The notes beneath the pieces were generated by a model. It was given only the letters and a program-made list of their open reading frames with translations, had not been told where the DNA came from and did no database searches. Positions 49,200 to 59,900 of a DNA stretch of 64,000 nucleotides are shown in pieces. Numbering within the stretch: position 1 is the first letter of the stretch; every line of letters begins with the position of its first letter. Origin of the DNA: an uncultured Methanosarcinales archaeon (GTDB lineage Archaea; Nanobdellota; Nanobdellia; Woesearchaeales; JAGVZT01); contig CAYHAM010000001.1 in NCBI GenBank assembly GCA_964354685.1, positions 110,958-174,957 on the forward strand, read 5' to 3'. The translations under genes and the position numbers were made by a program.

Positions 49200-49370
49200 A
49201 ACCTCGCCCTAAAGGACGAGGTATGTTGGTAATTGAAAAAGCTTAATATCATACAAAGAGGTTGTTGATTACTGAATCATGAAAATCCAAAAAAGGATTT
49301 TCAGGATGCTCAGAAACCCTTGGTTTCTGACAAAAGGAAACCTATCCATGCCTTAAAAGACAAGGTATGC
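49200..49370. mobile_element. Possible non-autonomous IS200/IS605-like miniature remnant
   Basis: Hairpin ACCTCGCCCTAAAGGACGAGGT-ATG at 49201-49225 and a degenerate copy ATGCCTTAAAAGACAAGGT-ATG at 49348-49369, flanking two internal hairpins. Confidence 0.4.
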
Positions 49371-49406
49371 TTTTTCAATTAATCAAAATCTTTTTATATT
49401 GAACTA

Positions 49407-49472
49407 AAAATCAAGTGGCTAGGAATAGCACTCATCTTAATCGGGGTGAGCTTAATAGGGGTAGGAAGCTAA
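49407..49472 (+). pseudogene. C-terminal remnant of an EamA/SMR-like membrane protein
   Basis: Reads KIKWLGIALILIGVSLIGVGS-stop, ending just before the pyrH ATG; no in-frame start (stop at 49380-49382). Confidence 0.4.
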
Positions 49473-49473
49473 A

Positions 49474-50157
49474 ATGAACAAAACAGTTGTAATATCACTT
49501 GGAGGCTCAATAGTGGTGCCAGGAAAGGTAAACACAAGATTCCTCAAGCAATTCAGAAAACTAATAATCCAACAAATAAAAAAAGGGTTTAAATTTATTA
49601 TTATTGTTGGTGGTGGCAAAACATGTAGAAATTATCAAAAAGCAGCCTCAAAAATAACAAAACTAACAAGTGAAGACATTGACTGGCTAGGCATACACAC
49701 AACAAGGTTAAATGCACATCTACTCAGAACAATATTTAGAGAATATGCTCATAAACGCGTAATAAAAAACCCAACAGAGAAAAACATAAAATTCAAAGAA
49801 AAGATTCTAATAGCAGCTGGTTGGAAGCCAGGTTGGAGCACAGACTATGATGCAGTTATGCTTGCAAAGAACTTTAAGGTGAATACAATAATAAACCTAA
49901 CTAACCTATCTCATGTATATGACAAAGACCCAAAATTATACAAAAATGCAAAACCATTAAATCAACTTTCATGGAAAAAGTATAGAAATATTGTGGGAGA
50001 CAAATGGCATCCTGGGCTTAATGCCCCTTTTGACCCTGTTGCAAGCAAGATTGCACAGAAATCCAAAATCAAAGTCTACATACTGAAAGGAACAAACATA
50101 AAAAACCTTGAAAACTTCTTGAATAAGAAAGAATTTATTGGAACTACAATAAGTTAA
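49474..50157 (+). CDS. pyrH: UMP kinase (archaeal type)
   Basis: VISLGGS, VGGG, DWLGI, PGWSTDYDA, VYDKDP, PFDPVA. Confidence 0.95.
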   Translation: MNKTVVISLGGSIVVPGKVNTRFLKQFRKLIIQQIKKGFKFIIIVGGGKTCRNYQKAASKITKLTSEDIDWLGIHTTRLNAHLLRTIFREYAHKRVIKNPTEKNIKFKEKILIAAGWKPGWSTDYDAVMLAKNFKVNTIINLTNLSHVYDKDPKLYKNAKPLNQLSWKKYRNIVGDKWHPGLNAPFDPVASKIAQKSKIKVYILKGTNIKNLENFLNKKEFIGTTIS

Positions 50158-50172
50158 GATTGTAACTGAAGA

Positions 50173-50216
50173 ACCACGAGTTGCCCATCTTGTGATTGAA
50201 CACTGGCAACTCGCTA
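50173..50216 (-). repeat. Conserved stem-loop element, copy 2
   Basis: Minus strand reads TAGCGAGTTGCCAGTGTTCAATCACAAGATGGGCAACTCGTGGT. Confidence 0.7.
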
Positions 50217-50257
50217 AGCTTATTTTTAATAATTGAATATTAAAAATAATCAGAAAA

Positions 50258-52258
50258 TTACTTTTTCTCAATCTGTTTATGAATCTCAACTATCTTCTTA
50301 AAATACTCCTGTTTCTTATCAGCTGGTAGCATTGTATATAACTCATTCAGATTAACATAAATCATCCTTGCTTCCTTGTATTCCTTATTTTTTATGTGCT
50401 CCTCAGCTGCTTTTATCAAAGCCCCTGTTTTGGTAACAGGATCAAACCCTTTGTCAGCAACATCAACAACCTTCTCCTTCTCAACATGCTTTGGTGCAAG
50501 CCTCAAAACATGCTTGAACAACATTCTCCTTTTGGTAATTATTTGGATAACAATTAACACCATCAAGAAGAGTACAATATATCCAAGCAAGAAGAATATA
50601 GCAGACACAGGGGTTATCGAGTATGTTTCTTTAACCAACTCATCCAGACCTGTTTGGAACAGAATGGTCTTCCTTAATAATGAGTCACTTATAACAAAAG
50701 GATTAAAGCGCGCAACCTGCATTAAATAGAGAGGCATGCTCTCAAGCGGCAGTATAACATTAGACATAAACAAAGACACTGCTCCAACAGAAACTGCTGC
50801 TAATGTAGAGGTCTCAGCAGATGAAAACACCATACCTATTAATATCCCTATTGTTGTAAACAAGGTTATAATCATAAACACAATCAGCAAGGTTGTTAAT
50901 AGATTTGCAATTATATCAACCTTAAACACCCCCTGGGATACCCCTAGGATTATTACAAGCTGTATGCTCAAAAGTATAAATGTTGTTAAAAATGTTGCAA
51001 GCAAAAATAGCGAATCCCTTGTAGGTGTTACCAAATTCCTAAAATAAGCCTTTGAACGCTTCTCCATCATCACAATTGTCTCAGAGAACAAAAGGCTTAT
51101 GAACATCACAACCAGAACAATCAGTGCAGGGAACATATAATTCAAATACGTTTGTGAGACAACAGGCTTTATGTTGGTGGTTATTGGGCTAACAATGCTG
51201 CCAGCCTCCTTTACTTCTATACTATCAATATCCCCCTTTACATTATCCAATGCGCCCTTTATTGTCATAACCTTATTCAAGCTTGATTTAAGCGAAGAGT
51301 CAATCTCATTCATTCCACGAGTCATATCAATCCTAGCACTCTTTGCATCAGTGAACTTTGTCTTTGTTGAATTGAGCTCTTTTTCAATTGAGTAAACGGC
51401 TGATGTTAAACCAGCAAGCATATCCTCGTCCAAGCTTTTGAGATCACCATTAATATCCTTAAGGTAATCCCTTAACTCCTCCATATCATCCATTGTTGAG
51501 GTGCCATTTAACACAGATTCACCCATATCATCTATAATGCTATCTGCCAATACAAGGCTTTCATTTATAGAATCTCTCAATGTGCTATTCTCCCCAATTG
51601 CAGAGCCTCGCAAGTTCTTATCCACATTCTTTAGTGTTTGAAGCTTGAATTCACCCTCATCAAAATCAAAGTTAAGATTGCCCAACATGTTTTTAACAGA
51701 GCTATCCTTTGTCTGCATATCCTCATTTGCCTGAATAACATCAACAAAGTTGGGATTCTGCTCAGTTATTGTTGTCTTGGCATTGTCCAGAGTGTTTAGG
51801 ATTATTGCAGTTAGCTCAGAGCTTATCTCCTCTTCTCTTGCTGAAACCCTTGTTGAGATTGTATCTATAACACTATACACTAAGTTTATTTGGGTAGGAT
51901 CAACATAAAATGTTATCTCATTGTTTGCACCACCCTCTTCTCCTATGTTAAACCCTTCTGGAAATAGCATACACACATTTACAATACCTTCTCTTATACC
52001 ATCAATACACTCTTGTTCTGAAGTGTGCTTTATAACCCTGAATTGCACTTCATTGAGCTTGTCTAAGAAAGAGTTAACCAAATCATTGTACTCTGGAGAA
52101 TAAACCCCTATGTTTATATTATAGAGTGAGGCATTGTTGAATGCCAAACCAACAAGTAAAGTTATAACCAAAGGCCCAAACAACACTATCAAGGCTTGGG
52201 TTTTTGACCTTGAGATTAGCTTAAAGTTCTTCTTTATTATTGTAAACAACTTAACCAT
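50258..52258 (-). CDS. ABC-2 type permease with large extracellular helical domain
   Basis: N-terminal TM, ~300-aa helical ectodomain, ABC-2 TM bundle (YMFPAL...ILPLESMP...FNPF). Confidence 0.85.
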   Translation of the reverse strand: MVKLFTIIKKNFKLISRSKTQALIVLFGPLVITLLVGLAFNNASLYNINIGVYSPEYNDLVNSFLDKLNEVQFRVIKHTSEQECIDGIREGIVNVCMLFPEGFNIGEEGGANNEITFYVDPTQINLVYSVIDTISTRVSAREEEISSELTAIILNTLDNAKTTITEQNPNFVDVIQANEDMQTKDSSVKNMLGNLNFDFDEGEFKLQTLKNVDKNLRGSAIGENSTLRDSINESLVLADSIIDDMGESVLNGTSTMDDMEELRDYLKDINGDLKSLDEDMLAGLTSAVYSIEKELNSTKTKFTDAKSARIDMTRGMNEIDSSLKSSLNKVMTIKGALDNVKGDIDSIEVKEAGSIVSPITTNIKPVVSQTYLNYMFPALIVLVVMFISLLFSETIVMMEKRSKAYFRNLVTPTRDSLFLLATFLTTFILLSIQLVIILGVSQGVFKVDIIANLLTTLLIVFMIITLFTTIGILIGMVFSSAETSTLAAVSVGAVSLFMSNVILPLESMPLYLMQVARFNPFVISDSLLRKTILFQTGLDELVKETYSITPVSAIFFLLGYIVLFLMVLIVIQIITKRRMLFKHVLRLAPKHVEKEKVVDVADKGFDPVTKTGALIKAAEEHIKNKEYKEARMIYVNLNELYTMLPADKKQEYFKKIVEIHKQIEKK

Positions 52259-53267
52259 TTTTCCCCTCTTTCACAAATGACTCAAAAACCTCTTTGAGAG
52301 TTGGTTTATTTACATCAACATCTATTAATTGCTCATTCTTCTTCTCAACAATATGCAGAAGGTTATGTAACACTTCCATAGAATCCATAGTATAGATTAC
52401 CAACTTATGCCCTTTGTTAACTATCTTTGATATGTGTAGGCCCCTCACCTTTCTTAGCCTGTTTACAATATCTACATAATCACCAGGTTGTGTTTCCAGG
52501 TGGATCTCCTCATTTCTTGAGTATAGATTTCTAATATGATCTGGAGTTCCAATCCGCTCTATTTTGTGGTTGTGGAGTATGCCTATCCTTGTACAAAATG
52601 TTTCTATCTCTTGCAGAAAATGCGATGCTACAACAACTGTTGTACCCTTACTGTTTATCCTTTTTATCAAATCCCACATCTGGCCACGAAGTATTGGATC
52701 TAAATCAGCAGTTGGCTCATCAAGAATAAGAACCTTAGGGTTGTGTACAAGTGAGCACGCAATATCAAGCCTCTTCTGCATACCACCAGACAAGCGGTCT
52801 GAACGCAGGTTTTTAGAATACCCCAATCCAACAAGCTCTAAAACAGTGTTTATGTTCTTGTTTCTCATATCCTTTGGAAGAGAATACATTGAGCTAAAGT
52901 ATTGTAGGTTCTCTACAACTGTAAGTTGGGGATAAAAGCTCGGCTCTTGTGCTGCAAAACCAAACACCTGTCTAACCTTAAGAAGGTTCTTCATAATCGG
53001 GTTAAACTCTGGTTCTTTCTTTTTCCCTTTCTTCTTTTCTGGCTCAATTTTGTATAGAATCTCTCCTGAAACTGGCTCTAAGAAACCAATCAATGTGTTT
53101 AGCAAAGTTGTCTTACCAGAACCACTCAAACCCACTATACCAAATACCTCTCCCTTGTTTATCTCAAAGTCTATATTTTTTAGAACAACACTCTTTCCAA
53201 AGCTAACTGTTAGATCCTTGACCTTTATCAAAGCTTCTTTAGCCATATTAAACCCACTATCCGCCAT
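52251..53267 (-). CDS. ABC transporter ATP-binding protein
   Basis: GLSGSGKTT, LSGGMQKR, ILDEPT, SH. Confidence 0.95.
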   Translation of the reverse strand: MADSGFNMAKEALIKVKDLTVSFGKSVVLKNIDFEINKGEVFGIVGLSGSGKTTLLNTLIGFLEPVSGEILYKIEPEKKKGKKKEPEFNPIMKNLLKVRQVFGFAAQEPSFYPQLTVVENLQYFSSMYSLPKDMRNKNINTVLELVGLGYSKNLRSDRLSGGMQKRLDIACSLVHNPKVLILDEPTADLDPILRGQMWDLIKRINSKGTTVVVASHFLQEIETFCTRIGILHNHKIERIGTPDHIRNLYSRNEEIHLETQPGDYVDIVNRLRKVRGLHISKIVNKGHKLVIYTMDSMEVLHNLLHIVEKKNEQLIDVDVNKPTLKEVFESFVKEGKNG

Positions 53268-53321
53268 TATTATTAAATTTATGGTATTACTTTAGAGAAG
53301 TTAATGTTTATTAATTAAAAA

Positions 53322-53933
53322 TTACTCTCTGTTCCTTAACCACTCCACAAACAGATAAACAAACATAACAAACATTGCTCCTATCAAAAACCAAAGCACA
53401 AAATTTGTTCCAGCTATTGTTACTGGTGCTTGAGCAACAACCCCTTCTGCTCCTAATACAAGATCCCCTCCAGTCTCTGCTGCCATTGGAGCTTGTGCTG
53501 ATTTTGATGCAAAATAACCAACCCCTAAATAATATCTTGACAATATTTGCATAACCCCAGCAGTTGCCACTGCTATTAAAGCAACAGGCAGTATGGATTT
53601 CAGCCTGTCTTTTATACTGGGTGTTGTTGATTCAGGCGCAATTATTATGTACTTGTTTGTCAAAGAGTAATGATTAACCTCTTTTCCTTTATCACTGTAG
53701 TGGAACTCATCAGCCTTCAAAAGCTTTGCTTCCAAAAGGTGCTTTATATTGTAATGCACTGTTGATATAGGCAGAGAGAGCTCTTTTGACAGCTCTGATT
53801 CAGTTGCCTTTTTGTTCTCTGCTAAATAATCAAGTATTTTCCTAGAAGTCTCATTGCTTATAACTTGAGCTAGCTTCTTTGCCTTACTTCCCTTTAATGA
53901 TACCAAGAGAAAAGATTCCTTTGCCATTTTCAT
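53322..53933 (-). CDS. ArsR-like wHTH regulator with two C-terminal TM helices
   Basis: ISNETSRKILDYL...ELSKELSLPISTVHYNIKHL; hydrophobic C-terminal segments. Confidence 0.8.
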   Translation of the reverse strand: MKMAKESFLLVSLKGSKAKKLAQVISNETSRKILDYLAENKKATESELSKELSLPISTVHYNIKHLLEAKLLKADEFHYSDKGKEVNHYSLTNKYIIIAPESTTPSIKDRLKSILPVALIAVATAGVMQILSRYYLGVGYFASKSAQAPMAAETGGDLVLGAEGVVAQAPVTIAGTNFVLWFLIGAMFVMFVYLFVEWLRNRE

Positions 53934-53986
53934 ATGTAACTTATGTTGATATATAAACCTTGGTTAAGCTTTAATCATGATTGAAG

Positions 53987-56900
53987 TTATAGAAACTTAC
54001 TAATTGCCTCATCTACAACATCCTCTTGCCAACCCACATCCAACAGGTTTTGTCTTATATTAGCCATTGTAACTTCCATAGTTAAGCATTCCTTTATATA
54101 ACTCTCCAATTCTGGATACCTTCTTGCTGATCTCTCAAGCTCAGGTAACTCAATTGTTGGTTGCTCAAAATCCTTCAAGTATTGCTCAACCTTAGTTAGT
54201 TCGCGGCTCTTGCTCATCTTCTTATATGATACAAACCCAACACCAGCAACTATAATTGTAACCAACACAATTGTTGCAATCAGTATTATCTTTAGTGTTT
54301 CTGCCCCTACCAACGACTCTTTAGGAATAGTTGGCTCTATTGTCTCAACAATAACATCCTCAGGCATCTCTTCTTGCTCTGGTTGTAAAGTGGGTGTTAT
54401 GGGTTGAGCAACTGCTGTTGAACTAATTGCAAACAAAGAGAATGAAGGCGCAGTTGCCTCATAGTGAACATAATTTGTCTCTGTGTTGAGCTTTTTAGTA
54501 GGCAGCTTTACCCATTTATTAGTGTACTTATATAATGCCATGTTGTCTGGATTGATATCATGTTGCTCTAACCATTCCCTCTCAATCCTAAACCTTATCT
54601 TAACCGTCTCAATATCCTCTTCTTTTAGGTTATCTTTTGTTATTTGTAAATATTGATAAACTGTTCCAGAATGGCTTGGAATAACCTCTGGCTCATCAAG
54701 CAACCTCTCAACAACAATCTCAACATTATACAGCTTTGTATTAACACTAAATATCATCCTTGTGAATGCTATCTCCTCATCAGCAATGTTCATTATTGTA
54801 GAACCCTCTTCTAATATTGATGACCAGAAATGCATAACCTTTGGATTCTCTTTAGAAGGTGTTGGTGTATACCCTCCTCCACTCCTATACCAAACAGAAA
54901 CAGTGAAGCTGAGCTCAAGCTGCTCGCCAGTGTTGTTATGAATATCTCTACACCTAACATAATAAGTCTTGACACCGTTTGCTAATTCACCTATATAATG
55001 ATCATGATAAGTGCCCTCCCCATATAATGTTAAATTCATCTGGTCATAACTAGTGCCATTTATTGTATCATACCTACAAGTGGCTGCCTCATCTGTCCAT
55101 ATCTCTAGTTTAACAGAGGGATCCTCAAGAGTGCCTTTTGGTTGGTAATCTGTTATATTTGGAGGAGTTAAGTCAGTAGTCTCATTTATAGGTGTGTCTG
55201 TTAGCAATGCAATATCTCCTATATCAGTAGAATTTACAACAATATTGTACGTAACATTATAATTTGCATAAGTAAATGTTATATTTGGTTCTATATACCC
55301 ATTTGTATCAGTTGTTCCGTTCCACAAAACACTAGTGCTATTCTCTATTGTTATTGATATGTTAACATCTGGCAAACTTGACTGGTTGATAATGTAAGTG
55401 GGGTAGAATCTTTTTATTGTCAGGTTGCCGCTGTTAAATGATACACTAGAAGGCATATTAACTAAACCATAAATTATTGCATAAGAATTATTGTCCTCTC
55501 CCTCTATTATATCTAAAAAATTAGTTATATAAGACTGTGTTGTGAAATTGATTGTTGAAAGACCATCAGATATGTTCAAGATACTTATGTTTGTATAGTT
55601 CCCGATTGTTATATCAGAGTGGAATGTTTTTAAAGTTGTTATATCAACTCCATATGAGGTCCATGTACTATTCAAAGCTGTAAAACTCAACTGACTAACA
55701 TTTGTGTTTGTTAGATTCAGTTGATAACTTGTTGTTGAAGAACTGATGTTTCTGTTAAGTGTTCCTGCTCTTATATCATTTAATGTAATATTGCCATTAT
55801 CAACCCATATTACTAAAGAATCCATTGTACAATTTATCACACTGCTAGAAGAATTGCCTCTAAAAGTAGCATCACCAAGATTAGAGCTTTGGATTGTATT
55901 TGCAGAACTGCTCACCACTGTAGCATCCTGTACTATTATAGTTTGGATATTATTTGATACACTACCTCCACTTATCGACAGATAAGAAATATTAGTGTTG
56001 GTAACATATGAATCATTTGAAGTAAGATAAACAGAGATATAATACAAATCACTATTTGTTATGTTCACCTCAAAGTTGTTTGATAAAGAATATATCCTAT
56101 TTGTCCCAGGCACAACATAGCTTAAATTAGTGATATTTAATCCACCTCCCTCAAAATCAAACTCTTGCGAAAAGTTGGTGTTGGTTAGTCTATTTATAGA
56201 ATTACCCATAAATTTGCCTCTTGTAATCTGGGAATTATCAAATATATTTGTTGAATCTTCATACACAAATACAGAATATGTAGACGCAACTGTAAAGTCT
56301 GAATTGTTGAAATAGGTAGTGGAGTTGGCTCTTGATAATATTGAATAAAACGTGCCATTATTAGCATTAATAGTGGTGTTCTCATCAAATTCAAGAGAAT
56401 TGCTGAAAATCGAGTTTGTGATTGTTAGTTGAGCATTACCATCAGATTCTGAAGAATCATCAATCATATAAACAACAGAATCTACTATAGAAACATTCGC
56501 ATTGTTCTGGAAATAAAAGTTTGTTACATTTATAGTACTTCTATTAATTGTAAAATTTACATTGTTTCTTATGTATAAATCACTTGACAAAACACTAATA
56601 TTTGTGTTATCAACCAAGAAATTCTGCGTACCACCCATTATCAAATTTGATGATGAGTATAAGTTGACTGTATTTGAATACAAACCATAATCTATGTTTG
56701 AACTCAAAGTATTATTAACCCAAGTAACATTTGATGAATTAGACAAATAAACTCCATAAGAGAAGTTCACCACATTGCAGTTTTTCAATTTTATATTGCT
56801 ATAATTTGTAACATTTATTCCGATTCCTGTCTCATTCCCTGTTATAGAATACCCAGCACAATCTAACGTTATTGAGTTATTTAATATTGTGAAACAAGTC

Positions 56901-59900
56901 CCGTTAACATTCACATCAATAACAAGGGTTGTGTCATTATATATATCTCCGCAGGAGGTTGGTGCAATAATTGTTTTTGTTGCACTTGTGTAATCTGAAT
57001 AGTACAGACCATCAAAGGTCCTGACTGTGCAGTTCCATGTTTCTCCTACAGTGGTGTTATCAGAACCAAGGGTTGTGATTAATGAGTTTGTTCCATTGGA
57101 AACACCAGTAGTATTCCCAGAAACAACAGGTGTTGGATCAGTTCCATTATACCACCAATACTCAACAGTTAGTGTTGTATTCTTAGCATCAGTTGGAGTT
57201 GCATTACATGTTAGATTATCTGATGAATATGCAACTGTTGGTAGCATCACTACTCCTGATATAGATGGTTTGTCTTCTGTAGTAAAGCTGTAAGGCCCTA
57301 ACTCCGCACAATTGCTCTCATTATCACAAGAGCTGATATTATAATAGTACAAGGTGTTTGGTAATAATCCTGTTAAAGGAACATTGTGTCCTTGGGTCAC
57401 ATTAGAGGAATTGTATGTGTAAATACCTAAACCAAGGGTAATATTGTAATTAACACTAGAGTTGCTTGGAGTATCTGTGTCCCATTGTATTACAGCAGAC
57501 TCGTTTGTGATAGATGTATTTGTTATATTCTCTATTACCATAGTGATGCTTAAATCATCCAAGGTAGAGATATTAAACAAACTAATAGAAGAATTACAAG
57601 TAACATTAAATTGGTATGTGCCCAGAGCCAAGAAAGTCCTATTGTACTGATACAATTCTCTGGTTTCATTAAATATCATATCCTCAAATGAACCCCAGCC
57701 AGCAACATTGAACTTAATTTGGCATGAACCATTATACTCACTTGAATTGCTTATTATTGTTCCATTGGTTGATGTGTAATTTGCAAAAAAGTACACGCTA
57801 TTATTAATCCCTCTTGTTTGACTACCCTCTTCTGCATCTGTTGAATCCCAAATTGTTAGATTCGAATCTTCTGTTGCAGCATAACTTGTAAATCCAGTTA
57901 CACTAAAGGTTATGTTCCCTCCAGAACTTGGTAGTAATGTACACTCGTTTCCACAAAGCAAACCATCTTTTAAAATAACCGGATCATTTATCCCCGTGTT
58001 AAACAAGGTGATGTTTGCAGAGCTGTTGAATGATGTATGCAAACCAGAAGAGTTTATTGAAACCAAATTGTTTGAGATATTTATGTTTAAATCAAAGTCT
58101 TGGCCAGAAGCATTAACCGTGTTTAACCATACTATTTTACCCACATCTGTGATTTCTATTGTTGCATTAGACACATTTTCTATATTGGGCACAGAATTGA
58201 AGTCTGTGGAAGAACCATTAAATTCTGTATAGTTTGATGATGTACCGTTCTTTATTGTTACAGTTGAACTTGCATAGTCTGAATAATAAGTACCATCAAA
58301 AGCTCTTACTGTGCAGTTCCATGTCTCACCTGCAGTTGTATTGTCAGAACCAAGGGTTGTTATCAAAGAGTTTGTGCCATTAGCAACGTCAGTTGTATTC
58401 CCAGACAACATCAATGTAGAACCATTATACCACCAGTACTCAACTGTCAGAGTTGAGCTCTCAGCATCTGTTGGAGTTGCATTACAAGTTAGATTACTCG
58501 ATGAGTAAGCAAGTAAAGGTAAAATAGTTGGTGTAGATATACTTGGTGCTGTTATTAATGTTGAAATATTTAATGGTGTATCTGTTACCAGATTAATGTC
58601 ATAAATATCAGTAGTAGCCACAATATCATAAATAACATTATAATCTGCATAAGTAAAGGTTATATTCGGCTCTATGTAGCCATTTGCATCAGTTGTTCCA
58701 TTCCACAAAACAGTGCTTCCGTTTTGTATTGTTATTACCTTGTTTATGTCAGGCAAACCTGATTCATTGACCACATAAGTTGGATAAAATCTCGAAAGAG
58801 CCCTGGTTGATGAAATAGTTGCTATCGTATCATTATTAATTGTTATATTTCCCCTGATTGTATTCTTTCCAACTGTATTAACATCCCATCCAATAATCTG
58901 ATTAACACTATTTGAACCAACAAAGGTTACATTAGCATAACTATCGAATGTGCTATTTCCTGTGACATTTGAATTTGTAAAGGTTGTAATAGATGTGCCT
59001 AAGAAGTTTGCATTTCCTGTTGTTGTGTTCTCCATAGAATTCACTCCAGTGCCTCCTAAACTCAAAGTGTCAAAGTTAGAATCGGTGATTGTTGCACTAG
59101 AACCAGTCTCTGTGTACAATGAGAAATTTAACACATCAACATTTGTTAGATTCACAGAAAAAGCACCTGTTGTGTTAATATGTCTAGTTATACCACTTGA
59201 AGGGCTCAAACTGTCAATTGTTATATTTGTATCATATAAATGCATGCTAATGTGAGGCACAGTACTGTTGATTATTGTTGTATCAGAAAGATTCCTAACA
59301 TTCAAATCTGCACTAAAAACACAATCAGTGAACGTATTGGTTGAATTATGGTCAAGAAGTATAGAGACGGCAGGGGTTTCAGTGTTCACAAACACATTTG
59401 CATAGGCTTCTGTAGTAGGATATGTTATTCTGACAGAATATTGACTTCCAGATTTATTATGGATGAGTTTTGTACCAAAAGTGGTGTAATAACCCATCTC
59501 ACCGCTGTCATTATACTCATAATATGTATCTTTTCCAGGAGCCACATCAAATGCTGTATCAGGGGTTATTGCTTTTATTGTACTTTTACTACTATTAAAT
59601 CCAGCACTTATGGTAAAGTTGGTTCCACTCTCCAAAACACCATTTTGGTCCTCTTCAACTATTGAAATATTATGCGTCTCTTTATTACTTATTGGCGACC
59701 TTAAATCAATTGTTAATCCTTTTTTGGTGTAAATCTTGGCACTTGCATCTGAACTTGCAGATACCACAACACTTGGTTCGATGTAATTAACAGATGTCAA
59801 AACCAAGTCAACATCACCTACACTAATAGTACACCCATTTGTGCATGTTGCCTGGTAAGTTGCACCGTCTGCAAGATCTTTTATTCTTGTGACATTTTGT

